This document shows positions 26,394 through 34,371 of a stretch of 38,507 nucleotides of DNA, piece by piece. The notes below the pieces were generated by a model. It saw only the letters and a program-made list of their open reading frames with translations. It ran no database searches and was not told the origin of the DNA. Position numbers and translations under genes: made by a program. Position 1 is the first letter of the stretch. The number at the start of each line of letters is the position of its first letter. The stretch spans positions 1 through 38,507 of IMG/VR virus record IMGVR_UViG_3300017780_002882; one strand, given 5' to 3'. This DNA comes from a virus. Its lineage: Duplodnaviria; Caudoviricetes.

Positions 26394-27944
26394 ATGGGTA
26401 CGTTCAGCAACGAAGTAAAATTAGCAAAAACCCGCGCATCGATTAAGCCAAAGTCAGCAAGTGGCAGCCCATTTTGTATCTGCTTCTTTACTGCAGAAGA
26501 TGGGTTTGCAATTCTCGACAACAAAAACGCGTTTATCATTGATAGCATGGTTACAGCGCCAACAATTCAGCGCGGATCTACGGGCGCTGACGTAATCATT
26601 GGCGGATATGGTTTTTCAAACCTAGACATTAGCCTGTCTGTTCTTGGCTATTCCTCGCATATCAAATGGAATTCATCGCTATCAGTCCGAGAAATGACGA
26701 TTGATCCGGTAACAAACGAGTCTACGTTTTCAACAGTGACCGCGGTGCTAGATATGCCTCTGTATCTTAGCGAGTTCTGCGTAACCCCTGACCGCTACAC
26801 TCGATACGCTCAATCGTTCGGCGTTGAAATTGAAGGCGTAAGCGTTGACGACTTTATCGACTCAGAAGATGGTCGGTTAGCCAGCCTGGTATGGGCCAAT
26901 CAAGACAGCACCATTACCACTGGCGAGAGTTATAAAGAGTGGCTAAACGAGAAGTATTTTGGCGCTGACTGCATGGCCGCACCGGACAGCCCGCGAGCGC
27001 TAAAGAATGTTGAGTTTTTAGCAAAGGCTGCTGATGTTGCCGCCATTTCATCCCGATTACTTGCTGTCGAAGCCGTCGGAACTTCTAATCCGCTAGTGGC
27101 GCAGGTTAAATCAGCAAGTTTCCGCGCAGATCGTGACAACACGGCATACGTAATCAAAGCTCAGGGTGGGCCAGTTGGTGCGACTACTCCCGTGGGCTCG
27201 CTGTACAAGTACAAGTCAACTATTACAGCGGGCGGCAGTGGCGATAACGGCGGAAACCCGCTAACAGTATTCCGCAATCCACCGCTTGGCAGCAATCCGG
27301 CTTTTTACGGTAACGGTTGGAGCGGCAACACTGCGGACGTTAAGCCATTCCGCATCATTGTCGATCTAGCAGAGGCGGTAAAGATTCTTGGCTTGGAGTA
27401 TCAAGGTAACATCGGAACTGGCTATCCAAGCGTATCTAGCGGCCCGCGAGCCGTTACTTTCCGCTTCTCCAACGTTCCGTTTAGCCCATTGTACAACTCA
27501 GGCACGGGCAATCTTGCCAATGTCGCCAAAGAATGGCCTAACCAATGGGCGGCAGGGTCAAATAAAACCAGTTTCAGCGGTCTTGGTGAGTTGTTTGATT
27601 TACGCCCGATCCTTGGTGCAAACGGCGTTACTGCTCGTTATATGGCGATTGATGTGGCGACAAGCTGGGATATGAAAAACAGCGCTATGTCGAGTGTGTT
27701 GATTCATACAGTGCCGGATAGCTCGCCACCTGTCACGGTAGATGTTGATCCTGCTGTTAAGTCGTTCCAGATCATCGACGGCAATAACGCCTTTGCTATC
27801 GGTCAACGTGTGGACGTAATGCTGGGTGTGGATAGCGTTCGCCTAACTGAGTCCGGCACGTATAACTTCGTTAAGTCAATTGCAGATAAGCGATGGTTCT
27901 GCATGCGAAACGGCACGGCATTTGCAGAAGGAACTGGACTATAA
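26394..27944 (+). CDS. Fibre/spike-like protein with discoidin (F5/8C)-like domain
   Basis: IIVDLAEAVKILGLEYQG...ARYMAIDVATSW pattern; start taken at the second Met. Confidence 0.65.
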   Translation: MGTFSNEVKLAKTRASIKPKSASGSPFCICFFTAEDGFAILDNKNAFIIDSMVTAPTIQRGSTGADVIIGGYGFSNLDISLSVLGYSSHIKWNSSLSVREMTIDPVTNESTFSTVTAVLDMPLYLSEFCVTPDRYTRYAQSFGVEIEGVSVDDFIDSEDGRLASLVWANQDSTITTGESYKEWLNEKYFGADCMAAPDSPRALKNVEFLAKAADVAAISSRLLAVEAVGTSNPLVAQVKSASFRADRDNTAYVIKAQGGPVGATTPVGSLYKYKSTITAGGSGDNGGNPLTVFRNPPLGSNPAFYGNGWSGNTADVKPFRIIVDLAEAVKILGLEYQGNIGTGYPSVSSGPRAVTFRFSNVPFSPLYNSGTGNLANVAKEWPNQWAAGSNKTSFSGLGELFDLRPILGANGVTARYMAIDVATSWDMKNSAMSSVLIHTVPDSSPPVTVDVDPAVKSFQIIDGNNAFAIGQRVDVMLGVDSVRLTESGTYNFVKSIADKRWFCMRNGTAFAEGTGL

Positions 27945-27949
27945 CAAAA

Positions 27950-27978
27950 CAAAGCCCACTTTAATCGGTGGGCTTTTT
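27950..27978. terminator. Bidirectional terminator
   Basis: AAAGCCCAC-TTTAATCG-GTGGGCTTTTT between convergent genes. Confidence 0.85.
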
Positions 27979-28011
27979 GTTGGGTGACGGTCGGAAAAAA
28001 AGTCCGACCGT

Positions 28012-28701
28012 TTACGCCTCTAGTCGCTCGAACTGCTCAACAATCGCAGCGTTAAACTTTCGCATGTAAAGCGAGTTTAGTTTAGCCTTGCGCTCGTCAA
28101 ACGCCATACCGTCCTGAATGTAGATCATGTTGGCACGTTGCAGGCCGATGATAGCGGCAATTTCAGCATCATTTAAGTGGTCGCGGATGGGCTCTTTCTC
28201 AATGCCGTGGTTAATGCGGTATTGCTTCGACGTAGCGCCCAATACGATACGGTTAATCATGTCTGACTCGTTGCTGTAGTGGTGAGCTGCCGTCTCCTTG
28301 CCAAGCTCTTTGCGCGACTCCTCTAGGGCTTCATTCATCGGCTTGAACTCAAGGCGTGAAATAGCGCGATTGACTAGCTCACGATGGTGTTCAGCTTCTT
28401 TCTGTTCTAGCTCTTGCCAACGGTCGAATACATGCGCCTGCAGGGTGTAGCTGTACGACATGGCCATTAAGCTGGCTTCGCGTTTTGGAAAGTTGTATAC
28501 GCTTCTGGTGTTGTTATTGCCATAAGTTTGCGTTCCTAAAAATTTAGGAGCGTCATCACCAAGAACGGCCGGAACTTTAGCCATAAAATTATCATGCCGT
28601 AATTCTGGATCACCATCTTTGCGTGTTGAGTTGATGTATTTGACCATGTCGAGTGATGACATCGTTTCTACGCCATTTACTTTTTTAACTGGTAACTTCA
28701 T
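28012..28701 (-). CDS. Rha-family regulatory/antirepressor protein
   Basis: TMSSLDMV, RHDNFMAKV, YNFPKREASLMAMSYS; C-terminal HHYSNESDMINRIVLG. Confidence 0.85.
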   Translation of the reverse strand: MKLPVKKVNGVETMSSLDMVKYINSTRKDGDPELRHDNFMAKVPAVLGDDAPKFLGTQTYGNNNTRSVYNFPKREASLMAMSYSYTLQAHVFDRWQELEQKEAEHHRELVNRAISRLEFKPMNEALEESRKELGKETAAHHYSNESDMINRIVLGATSKQYRINHGIEKEPIRDHLNDAEIAAIIGLQRANMIYIQDGMAFDERKAKLNSLYMRKFNAAIVEQFERLEA

Positions 28702-28746
28702 GTTGCTTCCTTTTATTTAGACAAACTACCCTCTGATGATGTGGGG

Positions 28747-29358
28747 CTAAAGCTTAATAGTTTCTCGACCATTAGCCATGTCGTCGCGCAACTGCTTAAC
28801 ACGCAACATAAGAGCGCCCTTTACTCTAGCGTCTGTCTGTTCGTTTGCAGTTCGCTCAATAACATCTGCCTTGGATGATTGCCAAGCGGCATGAGCCTGC
28901 ACTGGTGTTGAGTAACTGCCAATAAGAATTTGTTTTGCATTGTAATTGCAGTAAGCTCTATATTTATAACCATACACACTAACGCCAATCGGGAGCTTCC
29001 CTTGTTTTGAGGCATGATTTAGCAATAAATTATTTACCGAAACATCAACAAAAACGCAATTTTTTGGAGAGTAGATCCTACTCCCTTGTATTAGTATATC
29101 CTTATCAAGCTGTTTCCCTAGCCTGTCTTGGGTTACAGCCCAAGAGTGAAACGCCATAAAGCTATGCCACTCTTTATCTACAGAGCACCCAATATACGTT
29201 GGTTTTTTTGCGTGGTATTTTTCAGAATAGCAACGCATCAGCATGGAGTTCCATAGTACGTAAATTCTACATGTTGCTGGCCTGCCATTTACCCTAGGGC
29301 TAACTGCGTAATTAGCATCGTTAATTCCAACTCCATAAATAAGCTTTCCCATACTCAC
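28747..29358 (-). CDS. HNH-like endonuclease with AP2 domain
   Basis: YGVGIND, W..M..RCY, LDKDIL...YSP..C.FV...N, LPIGV...G.Y.TP..AH.AW. Confidence 0.8.
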   Translation of the reverse strand: MSMGKLIYGVGINDANYAVSPRVNGRPATCRIYVLWNSMLMRCYSEKYHAKKPTYIGCSVDKEWHSFMAFHSWAVTQDRLGKQLDKDILIQGSRIYSPKNCVFVDVSVNNLLLNHASKQGKLPIGVSVYGYKYRAYCNYNAKQILIGSYSTPVQAHAAWQSSKADVIERTANEQTDARVKGALMLRVKQLRDDMANGRETIKL

Positions 29359-29359
29359 C

Positions 29360-29763
29360 TCCGTCGTTTATTCAGGTTATAGTCTCTACAAGGGTGAAAG
29401 CCATTGCTTCCCGCCTATGCCATTGAATGAATTGACTCTATCACTCAACTACATCACCAAAAGGTCTAGGCTTGTCGATTTGCGCCGTTCTCACCACTTA
29501 TACGCAAATCTTGTGCAGTCGCCCTAGCAACGCTGCGCGGCACGCTTCACAGGTAATGAAGGCCGATGTATTAGTTGCACCACGCCCATTTAGGCTATTT
29601 TAACGCTGCAATTGCGGACGTATAGACGAAAAAAAGCTCAGGTTTTATGTTCGTTGTGGTGATGGAGGGCAAAAAGCACCCAACACAACAAACATAAACC
29701 TGAGCATTCTTATCGCCATCACACGACAAAACGAATTATATATCCACTCCCCTCGATACGCAA
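29360..29763 (-). ncRNA. Structured leader RNA(s) with promoter, pseudoknot/terminator element and downstream multi-stem domain
   Basis: TTGCGT-N17-TATAAT; 22-bp stem 29636-29705 followed by U7; 7-nt complementarity 29716-29722/29659-29665; nested stems 29424-29595. Confidence 0.7.
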
Positions 29764-29764
29764 G

Positions 29765-29793
29765 AAAAAGCCGCGCTCAAATGTGGCGCGGCT
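29765..29793 (-). terminator. Intrinsic terminator
   Basis: AGCCGCGC/GCGCGGCT stem followed by a T-run on the minus strand. Confidence 0.8.
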
Positions 29794-29798
29794 GGTTG

Positions 29799-30020
29799 TT
29801 ACTTGGATGACTCAATTCGTTGAATGAGTCGCTCAGTCTCACGAGCTAGGTCGGCGTGTAGCATTGCCATGTTACGGTACGAGACACGCGCTAAGTGGCT
29901 GATATGCGTGTTAAATCGCTTTGTGCTAATGAAGTCGTCCAACTCCTCTCTGCGTTCGTTGATCTGCGCCAAGTTGCGTTTTGCTAGGTAAAGCTGGTGG
30001 TTTTCTGCGGTAGTCGTCAT
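29799..30020 (-). CDS. Hypothetical protein
   Basis: ORF track; operon context. Confidence 0.65.
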   Translation of the reverse strand: MTTTAENHQLYLAKRNLAQINERREELDDFISTKRFNTHISHLARVSYRNMAMLHADLARETERLIQRIESSK

Positions 30021-30026
30021 TTTGTT

Positions 30027-30254
30027 TTAGTCGGTTAGTTTGTCAATTTCAACGCTTGCTGCTGCGATAAAGTACGGGCTTTCATCTTTCCCCATTTTCT
30101 GCCAGAGCAAATCTTCAATTTCTTCTTTACCCATTCCAGCTTCAACGCAATCAGCTGCCCACTGCTGACCGTCAAGCGCATATCCGCCTTGGATAACCTT
30201 GATGGCTAGATACGTCACAACACACGATGCGATGCAATATAGGATGATTTCCAT
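30027..30254 (-). CDS. Small protein with N-terminal TM segment
   Basis: Hydrophobic N-terminus; SD GAGGAG. Confidence 0.65.
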   Translation of the reverse strand: MEIILYCIASCVVTYLAIKVIQGGYALDGQQWAADCVEAGMGKEEIEDLLWQKMGKDESPYFIAAASVEIDKLTD

Positions 30255-30258
30255 GCTA

Positions 30259-30621
30259 TTACTCCTCGAACTGACGGCAAAAGTTTTTATATGCTTCTTC
30301 TTGAGTGTGGCCTAATCCTGCGTTGTAGTACGGAACTTCGCACGACCACATTTCGCCAAACTTCTTAATCACCGGACGCTGTGAGGTTGGGTATTTCATC
30401 ATCAAGTCTTCGCCAATATGATGCGACTTACCATGCAAAAAACTCTCGGGCTCATATTGTTTTGTCATTGTTGTAATTATCTCTGCACCTGGCTTGCTAA
30501 TGACAAATTCCGCAACAACCAAACCATGATTGCCCACCCATACACGGCGAACAGCTCGACCACTCCAAGTCACAACAGCCTCACCCTCTAGCGCACGCTT
30601 TAAATCAAATGGATATGGCAT
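30259..30621 (-). CDS. Hypothetical protein (PFDL.RAL.G..V.T..GR family)
   Basis: Start moved to ATG 30621 after GGAG; promoter TTGATT-N17-TATATT. Confidence 0.75.
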   Translation of the reverse strand: MPYPFDLKRALEGEAVVTWSGRAVRRVWVGNHGLVVAEFVISKPGAEIITTMTKQYEPESFLHGKSHHIGEDLMMKYPTSQRPVIKKFGEMWSCEVPYYNAGLGHTQEEAYKNFCRQFEE

Positions 30622-30718
30622 ATTTACTCCGTTATTTGTTTGTTTCGACAGGTTCAATATACGCACAAAATAAATTCAAATCAACATTTATTTGTTTCTG
30701 TGTAGAAATGATACACAC

Positions 30719-30745
30719 AAAAAAGCCGCACGGTTAAGCGCGGCT
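30719..30745 (-). terminator. Intrinsic terminator of the adhesin unit
   Basis: AGCCGC/GCGGCT stem followed by T6. Confidence 0.75.
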
Positions 30746-30768
30746 GATTCGTTGTTAGTTACTTGATA

Positions 30769-30813
30769 TTAACCACCGTCCCAGCCTTCAATGTAATCGC
30801 CAGTGCCTTCCAT
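30769..30813 (-). CDS. 14-aa peptide MEGTGDYIEGWDGG
   Basis: Consensus SD AAGGAGG upstream; lies between adhesin stop and terminator. Confidence 0.45.
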   Translation of the reverse strand: MEGTGDYIEGWDGG

Positions 30814-30847
30814 TTTTTCGCCCTCCTTTATTCGTTGCTAGTTGTGA

Positions 30848-31732
30848 TTAATCGAACTGGTAGCCAGCACCAACACTATATACGCTTGAGTCACTAGAAA
30901 CGCTCGCAGATGCCTTGAATGATAGATTCTCATTGACGCGAACAGATGCGCCGAACGCAATCACTGATTCATTGTCAAAGCTGCCAACGCCAAGGCCGAT
31001 ATTCAGCTTGCCAACGCCAATGGCTTGCGGGATGGCGTTCATTGCTGCCACGCCTGCGATACCCTTGGCATTGTGTTTACGTAGCTGGCCTGTTTGCGCT
31101 GCTAGAGATTTCAATCCCTGCTCAACATTAGACACGCGCCCGTTGGTCTGTTTTAGCGCTGCGTCTTGTCGCGCATTCTCGCTGTTTACGTAGAGCGTTG
31201 ATGCCTTGGTATCGACCACAGTCATAATGGCCTTGTCTGCGTCAATACGCGCCACTGACTCGCGCTTAGTGTCATTGCTTGCCGTGATGCGATTCGATTC
31301 AATAGCGGCTGATTGTGTGCCATCTAACGCTGATTGCGCCGCCTTCTGCTTATCAAATGCAATCTTATCCAGCTTCTTGTCCTCTAGCGCCTTGTCGCCA
31401 TCGGATCGTGCTAACGATTCTGCTGCTTGCGCTTCCTGCTGGCGTTTGTTGTATAACTCAGTCTTGCCGTCAACAAATGAAATATTCTCACTGTTGCGGT
31501 CGGCCTTGGCGTGAATCTCTTGCATGGCCACGTCGGTCGCTAGGTATTTGAAGTCACCTTCTGCTGTAGTGACTGACACATAAGCTTTGTTTTCTGATGT
31601 ATGCACAGCATGAGTAAGTAGCCTCTGCTCTAGGCCTGAGTATTCGTTGCGTTCGTAAAGCTCAACTTCGCCAGCATATACAGAGATAGGAGAAGCCAAG
31701 AACATAGCGACAAAAAGTAGATTGCGTTTCAT
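30848..31732 (-). CDS. Trimeric autotransporter adhesin (YadA/Eib-like)
   Basis: Signal peptide, coiled-coil stalk, YadA anchor GIAGVAAM..IPQ...G.GVGSF....A.G...VGAGYQF. Confidence 0.9.
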   Translation of the reverse strand: MKRNLLFVAMFLASPISVYAGEVELYERNEYSGLEQRLLTHAVHTSENKAYVSVTTAEGDFKYLATDVAMQEIHAKADRNSENISFVDGKTELYNKRQQEAQAAESLARSDGDKALEDKKLDKIAFDKQKAAQSALDGTQSAAIESNRITASNDTKRESVARIDADKAIMTVVDTKASTLYVNSENARQDAALKQTNGRVSNVEQGLKSLAAQTGQLRKHNAKGIAGVAAMNAIPQAIGVGKLNIGLGVGSFDNESVIAFGASVRVNENLSFKASASVSSDSSVYSVGAGYQFD

Positions 31733-31910
31733 ATATATATAGTCCGTTTAGTGCGTTCAAGAAAGATGCGATATTAACATGCAAGAGGCATTTGTATAGT
31801 TTTATATTGCTGTGTCGCATTTCTGCACAGAAACAAATAACACTTGCGCTGCGTTTATTCTGTGCGTATATTTGAGACATCGAAACGAAACAACAAACCG
31901 GAGTAATAAA

Positions 31911-32093
31911 ATGTCTATCGTAATCCCTATGTTGTTCTTAATGGCCTACATGTTCCCGACAATCATCGCTGCGAGCAAAGGACGGTCAAACGTTGGCGCG
32001 ATTGCTGCGCTGAATATCTTGCTTGGCTGGAGTGTGATCGGATGGATTGCTGCGCTGGTCTGGGCGCTAACCAATGACAAGGATGCAAAATGA
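31911..32093 (+). CDS. Superinfection immunity protein (T4 Imm family)
   Basis: Y.FPTIIA..R.N..AI..LN.LLGWS.IGWIAALVWA; promoter TTGCGC-N17-TATATT. Confidence 0.9.
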   Translation: MSIVIPMLFLMAYMFPTIIAASKGRSNVGAIAALNILLGWSVIGWIAALVWALTNDKDAK

Positions 32094-32232
32094 AAACGCT
32101 ATACATCTACGATTCAAAATGCGGTCGTCTACTCGCCAAATACCAGTCAGACGAATTAACGATGTGTTTACTATCTGCTGAGCTGTCGATTGATGGCGTG
32201 ACTCAGTGTGTTATTGCTTAAAGGGAAATGGA

Positions 32233-32436
32233 ATGACTAACGAAAAAGAAGCAGTTACTTTTGTGGATAATGCGCCACTATCAGGTTACGGGCTAACAAA
32301 GCGCGAGTATTTCGCAGCCATGGCGATGCAGGGGTTTATTGCTTCAGGCGTAATGGGGCATAAAATGTCATTTGCTGAGAGGGCTGTTATTCATGCTGAC
32401 GCACTAATCGCACAACTCAACAAGGAGAATAAATAA
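32233..32436 (+). CDS. Conserved small phage protein
   Basis: GLTKREYFAAMAMQG...ADALI motif. Confidence 0.8.
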   Translation: MTNEKEAVTFVDNAPLSGYGLTKREYFAAMAMQGFIASGVMGHKMSFAERAVIHADALIAQLNKENK

Positions 32437-32831
32437 TGAACGAAGCACAGAAAGCAACACTGGAAAAAATCGCGGTTATGCAGGATTTTCTTGATGGAAA
32501 GGAGATTGATGTTAGAGATAGAAAGTCTGGCAATTCCGGCGATTGGCGTGACACAGGGTCAGAGCCGTTTTGGAATTGGGGGTATTGCGATTACCGAGCA
32601 AGACAAGAACCAGTAACCTACCCAACTGTCGATTGGTCGATATTTGCCGATGGTGTGCAGTGGATCGCATGGGATGAAAGCGGTCATGGCTTCGCTTTCG
32701 CTACAGAGCCACGCCGTAATGACCTGCACTGGGAAACGGATGGCGAGTATTACGAAATTTCTAGCATTAAGCTAGATCGCGGAACGTTCGATTGGAAAGA
32801 CTCGAAAATCCAACGACCACAATCAAATTAA
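32436..32831 (+). CDS. Hypothetical protein
   Basis: IAVMQ.F.DGK.I...P.WNW...YR fused to a WIA.DE.G..F.F..EP...W..S module. Confidence 0.75.
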   Translation: MNEAQKATLEKIAVMQDFLDGKEIDVRDRKSGNSGDWRDTGSEPFWNWGYCDYRARQEPVTYPTVDWSIFADGVQWIAWDESGHGFAFATEPRRNDLHWETDGEYYEISSIKLDRGTFDWKDSKIQRPQSN

Positions 32832-32840
32832 CCACCACAT

Positions 32841-32863
32841 AACCCGCCGAGTGCGGGTTTTTT
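32841..32863 (+). terminator. Intrinsic terminator closing the accessory island
   Basis: AACCCGC-CGAGT-GCGGGTT followed by a T-run. Confidence 0.85.
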
Positions 32864-32893
32864 GTTACAATGTGAAAACAAATAGGGGGTTAT

Positions 32894-33268
32894 ATGGTTA
32901 GTCTCAGCGACTTAAAAGTATTTATCAGCGGTTCACTCGGCATCGATTTGCCTGATTTTATCCTGCAGGCGGCACTTGATAGCGTGGCCAGCGTTCAGCC
33001 GTGCTTAGATGGTGCCGGATATAGCGTGGCTGATATGATGTTTATTCAGCTATACTCCGCGACACTGATTGCGACCGCTGCTGATGTGCGCAAGATCAAG
33101 TCTCAGTCAGCACCAAACGGCGCGGGTCGTTCTTTTGAGTACGGCAAAGGAATGCAATCAATGCGTAGCAAGTTGCAGAGCTTGGACAAATCGGGCTGCA
33201 CGGCTAAACTTGTGGCAGGCTCTAGCGGTCAGTCAATGGTGTTCGTTGTAACGGGGGTGGATGAATGA
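32894..33268 (+). CDS. Head-tail adaptor (putative)
   Basis: LPDFIL, IKSQSAPNGAGRSF.Y, LDKSGCT; first gene of the connector cluster. Confidence 0.72.
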   Translation: MVSLSDLKVFISGSLGIDLPDFILQAALDSVASVQPCLDGAGYSVADMMFIQLYSATLIATAADVRKIKSQSAPNGAGRSFEYGKGMQSMRSKLQSLDKSGCTAKLVAGSSGQSMVFVVTGVDE

Positions 33269-33678
33269 ATCTAATCAAGCAATTCGAGGGATGCAAACTC
33301 ACTGCATACCAATGCCCCGCCGGAATATGGACAATCGGATGGGGCAGTACTGGCGCTGGAATCAAGAAGGGCGTGAAGTGGTCGCAGGCATATGCTGATG
33401 CGCGGCTAGATGAAGATATTGAACGATTCAAATCGGGCGTTAATAGCCTTGTAACCGTTAAATTAAAAAAAAACCAGCTTGATGCGTTGACCAGCTTTGC
33501 ATACAACCTTGGACTTGGTGCGCTGAAAAGCTCGACACTCCTAAAGATGCTGAACGCTGGAAATTTTAACGAAGCAGCAAATCAGTTTTTGCGATGGGAT
33601 AAAGCCAATGGTAAAACATTATCCGGCCTAACTCGCCGCAGAGAAGCAGAAAGAAATCTTTTTCTGAGTGAGGTGTAA
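33265..33678 (+). CDS. Endolysin, GH24 lysozyme
   Basis: IKQFEG...AYQCPAGIWTIGWG, NQLDAL.SFAYNLG, GLTRRREAE. Confidence 0.95.
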   Translation: MNLIKQFEGCKLTAYQCPAGIWTIGWGSTGAGIKKGVKWSQAYADARLDEDIERFKSGVNSLVTVKLKKNQLDALTSFAYNLGLGALKSSTLLKMLNAGNFNEAANQFLRWDKANGKTLSGLTRRREAERNLFLSEV

Positions 33679-33679
33679 C

Positions 33680-34024
33680 TTGTCAGCATCAGCACAATGG
33701 GCGAATACAGCCAAGGCGACTATCTGGCGAGTTAGCGGATATGACGACTGGTCAAAGGTCTACACTTTTCACGATCCGCTAATCATCGCCGTGAGTTATT
33801 CAGCAGAAGCCAAGCGGCTGACGAGTTCGGACGGTAGCGACTTCGTGTCGATGATGCACTTTTGGACTGAGTACTCGCAAGCGCAGATCGGTGATTTTAT
33901 CGCTATTGGCGACCATTCGACCGTATCTGATCCATTGCTTGCGAAAGCATCCGCGATTAAATCGGTAGTTCGAGATCAAGATATTTTTGATGGGATCGCC
34001 GACGACTACACGCTGATTACATAA
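33680..34024 (+). CDS. Head closure/stopper protein (putative)
   Basis: TTG start after GAGGTG; W..TAKATIW motif; position. Confidence 0.7.
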   Translation: MSASAQWANTAKATIWRVSGYDDWSKVYTFHDPLIIAVSYSAEAKRLTSSDGSDFVSMMHFWTEYSQAQIGDFIAIGDHSTVSDPLLAKASAIKSVVRDQDIFDGIADDYTLIT

Positions 34025-34371
34025 TGGCGATTAAATCCACGAATAACCTAGACAAGTTTCTGGCTAACCGCATCAACAAGGTAGAAGCTACGTTACAGAA
34101 GGCGCTTATCCTTGGCGGTAGTCATGCAAGCATGTTTACGCCAATCGATACGTCAACGCTGCTTAATTCTGCTTATCGGCAAGTTACGCAAGAGGGTAGC
34201 TCAATCGTTGGGCGTTACGGCTATCGTGCTGAATATGCCAGCTACGTACACGACCCGAATGTTAAGCAAACGTTCAGACGACCTACAGCAAAGAAAGAAT
34301 TCTTGCGTCTAGGATTCGAGGAAGCAAGGCCACTAATAGACGCACTGTTTAAAAAGGAATTAGGCGTATGA
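34024..34371 (+). CDS. HK97 gp10-like tail completion protein
   Basis: TPIDTSTL.NS, GY.A.YA.YVH, FL..GFE. Confidence 0.82.
   Translation: MAIKSTNNLDKFLANRINKVEATLQKALILGGSHASMFTPIDTSTLLNSAYRQVTQEGSSIVGRYGYRAEYASYVHDPNVKQTFRRPTAKKEFLRLGFEEARPLIDALFKKELGV

Noticed and set aside
31810-31830. LexA box upstream of the adhesin/imm genes (CTGTG...CACAG)
   Set aside because: Spacing is CTGT-N13-ACAG, not N8
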